Positions 34,385 through 43,800 of a stretch of 64,000 bases of DNA are shown here, piece after piece; position 1 is the stretch's first letter; every line of letters begins with the position of its first letter. Source of the stretch: Epithemia pelagica (Eukaryota; Protista; Bacillariophyta). The position numbers and the translations under genes are program-made. The DNA lies in contig OX337231.1 in the NCBI GenBank assembly GCA_946965045.2, positions 3,906,001 through 3,970,000 of the forward strand, in the 5' to 3' direction. Under the pieces are notes generated by a model, which saw nothing but the letters and a program-made list of their open reading frames with translations, did no database searches and had not been told where the DNA came from.

Positions 34385-35695
34385 ATGATGCATCCTCATC
34401 CACAACAACAACAATACTACCATCCTCCTCGTCCACTCCTGAAACCCAAGTATCCACTGAGCGCTTACAATTTGTATTTTCAATTGGAACGACAACGTAT
34501 ATTGGATGGTACCGATGGATTGGACTTGCCCATTACGGCTGTCGAATTGCAACAAGTCAGTGCCCAACACAAACGCAAGGGCAAACGATCGCATCGCAAA
34601 TCGCATGGCAAAATTAGTTTTCGAGACTTGGCCCGGACCGTCGCGGCGCGATGGAAAGAATTGTCCCAGGAGACACGGCAAGTTTTGGAAGAGCAAGCGA
34701 CGGTCGAAAAAGAAGACTATGCGCAACAACTCAAGATGTGGAAACTTTGGACTGGACAGCAACCACAAGAAGAACAAGAGCAGTCGGCAACGAATGGTGT
34801 TACTTCCACCAGTCGACCACTCCCAGAACTACCAGAACCAGTAAGCTTCTGTTCGTCGTCGTTGACCTGCTCCTCGTCGTCATTGAGCTGCCATCCGAGT
34901 CGAAAGGAACAGCCACCACAAACGCCCAGTGATGACGATGCATCTAGTACAACTCCTCGGCAACCAGACAAGAAGAAGAAGAAGAAGAAAGTAATGAACG
35001 ATACTCACCAGGCTCACATTGTCGAAGAGCCAGAGGCCTGTACAAGTTCTGGTACCAGTCGAGAAACCAAGAAGAAGAACAACACAACCACTCCTTTGAG
35101 CGACATTGTCGTGTCTCCTCCCTCACCAATGGTTCAGGCGTTTGTTGGACCACCCTTTCCTTACTACCCCCATCCTTATTATCATCATCACCTGGCACCA
35201 CAGCCTTGTTCCAGTGCTGATTTGGTACCTCTCGGCTCTAATCTGAATTGTTCCTCCTCCTCAAGACATGCATTCCTCTGGGAACCTTCGTCGTTCGACA
35301 ATGCCTACCACTACCACCACAGCAACACGAGTCCAGCATCGGTTGTTTCCCCGACAGGGTCACCACCACCACCAAGACCAACAACAACAACAACGACGAC
35401 ACGAAACAACAAGCCCAGTCACTCCTCGATACGTTCCGTGTCATGGACGACTACCGACCAGCAGGAACACAATACGAATCGAGGCTTGGATGAACCAACA
35501 CCTCCTACTGGTGCTGGAATGGCCAATGCTCAATGGTGGTGTCTGGATGTGGAACCCACTCCGACTCTCGATTTGGCGGATATTCCAACCGTATCGGAAG
35601 ACTGGGATATGCTCTCGATTATGGATTCGTCCGATCTCGATGGATTGTTTGATCCAGAAGAAAAGGACGATGATGAAGCACCACCACTAGAATAG
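34385..35695 (+). CDS. HMG-box protein (HMG4)
   Basis: KPKYPLSAYNLYFQLERQRIL...HGKISFRDLARTVAARWKEL; the ORF is open from 34298. Confidence 0.9.
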   Translation: MMHPHPQQQQYYHPPRPLLKPKYPLSAYNLYFQLERQRILDGTDGLDLPITAVELQQVSAQHKRKGKRSHRKSHGKISFRDLARTVAARWKELSQETRQVLEEQATVEKEDYAQQLKMWKLWTGQQPQEEQEQSATNGVTSTSRPLPELPEPVSFCSSSLTCSSSSLSCHPSRKEQPPQTPSDDDASSTTPRQPDKKKKKKKVMNDTHQAHIVEEPEACTSSGTSRETKKKNNTTTPLSDIVVSPPSPMVQAFVGPPFPYYPHPYYHHHLAPQPCSSADLVPLGSNLNCSSSSRHAFLWEPSSFDNAYHYHHSNTSPASVVSPTGSPPPPRPTTTTTTTRNNKPSHSSIRSVSWTTTDQQEHNTNRGLDEPTPPTGAGMANAQWWCLDVEPTPTLDLADIPTVSEDWDMLSIMDSSDLDGLFDPEEKDDDEAPPLE

Positions 35696-36015
35696 AAAAC
35701 AAGATTGCCTACAAGAAGAGGAAACCGGACAGGGAAACGAGAGAGCAGTGGGATAGAGAGAGACCACAGGGGGTCTCCATGATTCATATTATGGTATTTG
35801 TGTATAGAAAGAAGAAAGCGAAAATAGTGAACAGTGAATGTTTGGGAAGTCCATGGTTGGGAAACTATAGTGTTAATGTCTTCTATTCGTAGCGGAGTGA
35901 ATCGATACCTCACCTAGCTCACACGGGATTGTGTCTGACGTGTTCTTCAGCTTCTACACAACGGCGTCCTACCCCCCCCCAGCGGGGGTGAGTAACACGA
36001 TTTGTTAGGCTTATC

Positions 36016-36867
36016 TTATCCCTCGTGTCGGGGAAAATAGCTTGGTCGATACGGATCGTATTCCAAAACACCATGCCTATTGTTGGGACGACGATTATGA
36101 TGATCCATGTACTCTTGTAGATCTTGCAGATCGTAAAAGGGTTGTTCCGGATCATATTCCTTATGACCCGTGCCATCGGCAATCACCATTCCACCAACAC
36201 CGTACCGATAAATGGATAAGGCTTGTTTGAGTTCCATACGCAACAGCGTCACTTGGAGTTCGCGTCGTAGCTCCTTCATTTTACTACGATAAGCATCAGA
36301 GACCAGCGTCTTTTGAGTGGAGCACAAACTACGGCTACTACTACAAGTAGGAATGGCACGACTACTACTGCTGCTCCGGTGATTCTCGACTTCTTTGCGG
36401 TGATCACAGGCAATGGAACGATAATAGCCTCCAATGTCACGTCCCTCTGCGCTCTGGGTGGCGGGACGGTAGAGAACATGACGAGGAGGCTGGGTTTTAC
36501 GACCACGGCAGGTTTGTGGCCGATATTTGGCCATGGTCCCTCGTCTAGTATTGGTACTATACCTACTAGTAGTAAAACTTTGAATAGTCGTATGAGAAGG
36601 ACGGAACGAAGACCTTTCATTTTGATGCATTGGGCGGGATGCCTGGTGGTTGCGAATGGAACGCGGAAGACCCGCTGTTGTGTTCCGGTTGCGATTCTGC
36701 GGTCTATTTTGGATATCAAGCGGGGAAACCGAGACATATGCTGTCCGTTGCTCACCGTTCATCCTGCCATGGCGTACAGGCCATCTTTGGTTGTCGTCGT
36801 GGCAATTCGATAGGTGTTGTGTTTGGTGACAATACCGATATGACATGGTCGCTTGCGACGTCTTCAC
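36016..36867 (-). CDS. Hypothetical protein (start uncertain)
   Basis: 283-aa ORF; the C-terminal part has a helical segment (ELRRELQVTLLRMELKQAL) and repeated EYDP motifs; no family recognised. Confidence 0.4.
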   Translation of the reverse strand: MKTSQATMSYRYCHQTQHLSNCHDDNQRWPVRHGRMNGEQRTAYVSVSPLDIQNRPQNRNRNTTAGLPRSIRNHQASRPMHQNERSSFRPSHTTIQSFTTSRYSTNTRRGTMAKYRPQTCRGRKTQPPRHVLYRPATQSAEGRDIGGYYRSIACDHRKEVENHRSSSSSRAIPTCSSSRSLCSTQKTLVSDAYRSKMKELRRELQVTLLRMELKQALSIYRYGVGGMVIADGTGHKEYDPEQPFYDLQDLQEYMDHHNRRPNNRHGVLEYDPYRPSYFPRHEG

Positions 36868-37178
36868 AAAGTACTCCGATTGATAATTATGAGACCATCA
36901 TGAGAAACAACTACGAGACCATTTTCAGTCGTGCCTCAGTCGTGGCTGAGAAAAAAGGGCCCACGTTTGGAACTGGGTTTGAGCGACTAAAAAAGATGGA
37001 AAAGCGATTGGAGGAAACAGCGCGAGCTTGTTAGCAGTACCATAGCTTTGATAAATCGAGTAGGAATAGGAGTAGGTATAGATGAAAGGTCGGGATGAGA
37101 AAGAAGACAACCTTCGTCAACAGAGAATGACAAAAGTTGTCGGTTGTAGATCGGGGGTAACAGCTCTGTTGTCTTTTA

Positions 37179-37749
37179 CTCCCTCCTGAAAGAAAATACT
37201 GCACGTTTTTTTTTTGGTTATTTTAGTCGCATAAAAAGATTACGTAGGATCTGGTACAACTCTACAGGAGGACGGCCGGCTCATTCGGAGTATAAAAATT
37301 TTAGAATAACATGGGGGAACATATTGGTTGACATGCGCGAGTCTACACTATTATAGGAAAAGTACAACTTTTGTGTGCGACGAGTGAGCAGAACCATGGC
37401 CAAAGGTGCCGTCGTTGACCATGGAATTCAGCATGGAAATGGCACGAATCTTGTCAGTTGCACGCATATTCCTACTCTTTGATGCCTCGAGGGGCCGCCC
37501 TGAAGAGGACGTGTTTGGAGCCGCCATAGAAGTGTCAACCGGTGGGCTCTGAAGACCGATGCTCAAAATCACGCCTTTTGAACAATCGTATCTCGTTCCA
37601 AAGCAAGAATCGAACATATAAATAATACACCAATATAGAGCTAATAAGTAGGGCTTTCTAACAAAAAAAATTTTATGGAAAAAGGACGTTCGCTCGTGAA
37701 AATATCGCTTTTTTGGTAAAATCGTGCAGTATTTTCTTTCAGGAGGGAG
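37179..37749. mobile_element. Tc1/mariner (Stowaway-like) non-autonomous element, 571 bp
   Basis: Perfect 27-bp TIR CTCCCTCCTGAAAGAAAATACTGCACG; TA target duplication (37177-78 and 37750-51); internal minus ORF remnant resembling a transposase N-terminus. Confidence 0.92.
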
Positions 37750-37850
37750 TAGGAGTATTATTCTACAAACTGTACCTTATTCATCTATTATAAAGCGGTC
37801 TAGCTATAGGTTCCGATATGTGACCTTTTCGTCAGAATTGATGTGTGATT

Positions 37851-40800
37851 TTAGCTTTCGTTGTTCTGTTTCTTAACTCTGGATGCAAGCCATTCCCATT
37901 CTGACACTGCAGAGAAAGGACCAGACCCATGGGGTTGGGATTTATCGGCACTGTCGTTTGTGGACTCAGACACAGGATCATCCTTTGAAGCGATGGATGA
38001 GGATCTATCAAACTGGTGATCTTCCATGTATCGATTTTCAAAATGATGGAGAGCCGTGTGTCGATGCTTTCCATGACCGTACACAGGGTGCTCGTGGTGA
38101 TGCATCCCAGCCCAAGTTGCATCATGACCTGCTTCCTTCGTGGCTGACAACGACTCATCCGATTGACTCTGAAGGAAGGATTGTAGGTAGGGCGGAGCGG
38201 TAAAGTCTCTGACGGAGGAGCTGCTGGGTTCTGATGAGATTGGTGCGTTGGAGGTCTTTGTTGATACAACTGGCGAAGTGTGTGGTCGTGTGCTGCGACT
38301 CATCTTGCTTGATGTTCTCTCAATGGACGCATGTTTGCTCTCGGATGAACGCTTATCATTTCGCTGTCCACTGGGGTGGGCTGACATGGGCACGGGTGGC
38401 TCCGTGGAAGGACTTGAGGATGGTTTCACATGCTCGTGGTCTTCAAGGTATCGACGTTCAAAATGGCCAAGTGCGGCATGACGATGCTTGCCGTGACCAA
38501 ACACAGTATGTTCGTGATGATGCATTCCGGCCCATGTGGCATTGCGACTGCTGTCCACAATTTTGTCCTGTGGCTTGACAAAAAGTATCGTTGCTGCGAT
38601 AGACCACGAAATCATGAGAAGAAGCACTGTCCAGCGTGTAAACAACGACCCAGACACTTTGTCACCAATGGCGGGATCTTCGAAGACAGTACGACTCTGA
38701 TGAAATGCGCGCTGGATCACAACTGCGGCAGCAGAGCGTTCGTTCTCCTCCTGACGAGCTTTGATCTTCTTCGCCACAGCACATCGAAAGCGGTGGCAAG
38801 AAAGGGCACGCCAGACAATGACAGATGCAGCCATTATGCGCAGATTTCTTTTTGTAACTGTTTTCACGCGGTTTCTTTCCAGGACACGGCAAATAGTTTG
38901 CGCCGCAAGTGACTCTCTTAACAGTTGTTGTCGGCGGAGTACAATCTTCTGCTCGAGAACACATTCTGCTCTGAACCTGACAAGAGCACGTTGTATTGTA
39001 CGCGAAGCAAAATGCAACCTTTCCTTTTGACGCTGATCCATTTCACACTTTGCCACATATACCAGCCAAGCACACTGGATGATCGACGCTGACTCCATCT
39101 CATGCTCAAAGATACAACGTGATCTGTATCGAAGAATGGCCCGTGAAATGGTGATTCTCGCTCGGTCGGCTCGTTCTAGCTTTTTCTGTTGAACCAGGCA
39201 CTTTGCTCGGTAAACCAACCAGGCCATGCCAATCAACGAAGCCGATGACATCTGCTTTCTGACAAGCCTACACTTCTCACAGTATTGCTTCATGACACTG
39301 ACAATGATCCTTGACGCTTTGATCTCCGCCCTTTTTCTCTCTCTTTCTTGTCGACACTTCAAAAGGTACGAGGCCCATGTTTCTTGAATGCATCTGGCCG
39401 CGGCATGGAGACGATTTTGGTGTCGTGATATGGCATCCCGCTCCTGGCGTCGAAGTTCGACCGTGCACTTAGCTCGATAGACCAACCAAGCACGCTGAAC
39501 AACTTTGACGGCACCAATCACTCGGTCTCGTTGTCGGACAACAGCCCTTTGCTTCTTCAAGTTGTTCTCGATGACACATTTTTCACGATACAGTGCCCAG
39601 GCCCGTTGGATGGCCGTGGCTGCTCCAGCCATTCGGGCGCGACGACGAGTAAAAGCATTCTTCTCTTGTGCATTCGCTTTTGGCTGCGATTTCGATTCAT
39701 TCGACGTGACAACCTCCGTCCGACGTTTCCGTAAAGCCATCGCACGGCGCCTCATCCTGGCAACGAATCTAGCTCGGTAAGCGGCCCATGCTCGCTGAAT
39801 TACAGCGGCCGAAGAGTTCATTCGGTTTCTCCTCAATGCAACAGAGTTTAAGTCAGGCTGTTTCTTTTCTTCGCTTTGACTCTCTCTTCGCTGTTCTATC
39901 TTTCTTTCAAGGACGCACTTGGCGTGGTAGCTTCGCATGGCCCGTGAAATAATCTTGGATGCTTCCGAACGAACGCGATGTAGACGCATTCGCTTAAGTT
40001 CTTGCTTTGATCGATAGGTCAACCAAGTCCTACTGATAGCATTGGCCGACGCCATTCGTTGATTTCTCAGAGCAACTGCGTTCCTTTCCGCGATACATCT
40101 GGCATGAAAGAGAGACAAGGAGCGGCTAATCACTCGAGAAGCATGTGCAAGCTTCCTCTCTGCGATACATTTGACACGGTAGTTTGACATCGCCCCGACA
40201 ATAGTTCGGGATGCGTTGTGGCGTCGATCTTCTAGTCGCCTCTGTTCTTTCTTGGCTTCCAGTTCACGTTTGGCGGAACAAACGCGCCAAGCTCGCTCTA
40301 TGACATCGGCTGACTTTATCAGCTGTCTATGAAGCGCTTCCCTGTTCCGTTTCGACACACACATGGCGTGATGCTTTGAAAGACTACGCAAAATAACCAG
40401 GCTGGCATGCTCCTCTCTTTGTTGTCTCAAAGCTGCGCATCTTCGGATGTGGTGATAAACAACGAATCGATGAATCGTCTGGCTGGCCTTCTCGCGGGCA
40501 AGCAAAGCTTCCCGTTCTTTTCTCAGGACACACATAGGCCAAACATACAAACGGAGAGCACGTTGTATTGTTCGCGCTGCCATAGATTTGCGGAGAGCCT
40601 CTTTCTGAAGGATGAGAAAGATACAACGAGCTTGATGGCAATAGAACGCACGTTCAATGATACAAGCTGCAGATTCCCTTTTCTTTTGGATCTGTTCACG
40701 ACGGTACCTTCGCATATACCGTGCATGATACCGAACGAGCTCACGTTGAAAATCCGTACGTTTCGACTGCTCTTCTTGGTATGTCCTCCAACACTTTTGG

Positions 40801-43800
40801 ATGATGGTTGCAGCTCTGTCTTTAGGCTTCCTGATTCTGCGTTCCAAAATAACCAGTGCACGATGGCGAATCAATGCTCGTTGAATCACGAGGGCATACT
40901 TGTTTTCTCTGTATCTCCTCCATGAAAGTTGGATAGCACGTGTTGCGACCTGTTGTTGGGCCTTCATCTCTCTTACTCTCTTCTTCGAGACCAATTGTGA
41001 ATGATAGCTAGACAGAACACGGCATATTACTTGTGTTGCAGCAGCTTCCTTTAACATGGTACGTTCTCTCTTCAAGCACTCATGGTAGCAAATCAAGGAC
41101 CGCTGAATAACAATCTTCGCTGCTTCTTCCTTGCGGTACTGTCTCCATACACATTGCAGGATTCTTGCGGCCTCGTCACGACGCCGAGCTATGCGGATGC
41201 ATTTTGCGCGGTACCATGAAAAGGTGCGTTGAATCACAAGAGCTGCATGTTCGCATCGCTTCTCTTGGCCACGTCGAGTACGGAAAGCGGCCAGAACACG
41301 CTGAATCGTTAGTGCCGCACGGTTCTGCCTTCGTTCCATGGTACACTTTTCATGGTACAACGAGAATGCTCTCTGAAGAGTTTCGGCCGCAGCATTTTCA
41401 CGTCGGTTTTTGGCCGACAAGTGACGTTTCCACGCCTGTTGAAGAACACGGACTGCATCTTGTTCTTTACGCTGCCTTTCCATATCAGCCAACCTGCGTC
41501 TGTGGTGAAGGCTCATGACACGACAAATGGTCTTGGCTGCTGCAATTCGCTGCATCAATACATGCTGTCGCCAGCACTTTTGAATGAGCACGGCTGCTCG
41601 TTTCTGTCGACGAACCATGGATTGGACGAGATGCAAACGAACAAAAGCCTGAAGACGAGTGGCTTTGGAGTCCTTGTCCAATGCGAATGCATTGGATTCC
41701 TCTTCAATTTTGACATCCACCTCTGTTTCCGATTCCCCGTTGGTGTGATCGACTTCTTGCCTAGGCTCTAGACTCTTGGTGTTCTCCACAGACTTTTCCC
41801 TCTTGGGCGAAAGTGAATTCGATGACACCCAGACATTAGATCGGCGAAAGAGTCCGCCCGCGCTACGTCTCACCAGGGACCCTAACCTTCGTTGTCTACC
41901 TCCTGGGCTGGTGCTTCGGGGCGACTTGTCTGGTGTCACCTCTTTGGATTCTCTCCGAGATTTGGGAGACCTGGGACGCATGAGTTTGAGTGACTTGGGC
42001 ACGAATCGCCCAAGCTTGGATTTCCGACGTTCGTCCTGAGCACCTTCGTGCTGCAAAGTCTCCGTATCAACTGGCTTTTGGATCCGCACCAGGTATCCAC
42101 GGACCAACGCTTGAATTACAACAACCTTGAGATCCTTAACGTTCAAATGCTCTTGTCGAACGAGCGAGTTCATACGGCGATCTACGACACTGGGTTGCAC
42201 AAGCTCGTGTTCGGATGCTTTGTCGAGCGAAGAATTCGACAACGACGAGAACAATAACTCATCGGCTTCATGTTCCTCTTCCTCGCCTTCCTTGACAGGA
42301 CAAAGAAGAGAAGAATTGGCACCCAGAGCGGCGGCTGCAGTGGTCTGGCCTGCGGAGGATGTACTGCTCAGGGTTCCCGAACTACTCATGCTTCCCGCTT
42401 GAGTTAGGGTGGAATCATCTTCGGAGGACGAAGAAGTATACACGTCACTTTCATCGTCCTCGCCTTTACGATTGTTGCTCTCTTCTAGGGCTTCTTGCCG
42501 TTTGGCGGACATGGGGGATGAGGGTGGAGACGAGGCCACAAACATGGTTTCTCCCATTTGTTGAATATCCTCTACCATGCCATCGTTTGTCGTTGGAGCC
42601 TTGGATGAATTATATTCGGTTTGCATACTGCTCGTTCGGCTATGACCCTTGGCCTCATCATCGTCATTGTCCACATCATTCTTCTCGTCGTTATCGTCCT
42701 CTGCCGGATATTCATGTGCCTTGACCACACGAGGAGGTGAGGCATTCTCCTTGGCAACATCCTCCAAGACACAGTCGACTTCGGCTTCCACCACGGGGCG
42801 TTGCGGTGTCGTGACAAAATTGGTGGCCAGAGTAAAGGACTCTTCCGAAAAGGCTCCCGATGTTACCGACTTGGAACTGCTTCGTGGTGGCGTGGTGTTG
42901 GTCAAGGGAATTAACTTGAGATCATCGTAGGGACTGGAGGACAGGACGTCCTGTTCCGGTGTACTCAGCGTCAAGGTAGGCTTGGTTCGAGGAGGTGTGC
43001 ATTGAGTCTCTTCAGTGACACTAGGATTGACTTCCAAAGCAGAAGGATTCTCGTCTTTTTCTGCTTTCATCATGGATCCATTGGTCGTAGACTCATTGGT
43101 CGGTGGAGAGCCCACCATACTCTGCCAGTGTTGGACAACTTCACTCATGACACCCATGGCCCCGGAGGAGCCATTGGGTTGTGTCAATTGGTCTTTGATG
43201 GGTAGGACCACGCCATTTGTCAAAACAGTGGTTGGTTCGTGTTCCTCTTCGGTCTTCTTCTTTTCTTGAGGACTCGAGCACTGCCCCGATACTGGTCTAT
43301 CGTCTTCCTTTTTTTCTTCCGTCCCCATCCGGTCCAGGTCCAAGGTTTGTGTTGTCGTTGTCGTCGTCGTCGTCGTCGCCGTCAGTAATAGGGGACTGGG
43401 TGTGGATCCGCCGTCTCGTCCCAATTGGTCGAGAATGGAACTAGCCACGGCCGTGGAAGCCACAGTCGTGGCAGTGGTGGTACTGACGGCATCTCCATCC
43501 ACCGTGGATTTCTTCTCCTTGCCACTCATGCCTACACTCGTTTCTTGGTGTGGTGGTGGTTGTTGATCCGGCCGTGACCAGTCGGGTTGGGCCTCCATAC
43601 TGTGCGTATCTTCGTCCTCTTCGTCTTGTGCTTGGGAGCACGATGCTTCCTCATCATCTGGTTCTTGTGGAATAACCCAGGGTTGCGTCACTACGACTTG
43701 TGTGTGTTCCTGGACCACACTAGTGCTCCTCGTATTAGGAGTAGACGACGAACCATCCAACACTTGATGAATGGAAAAGTGCGTCGAAGAGGATGTCGAC

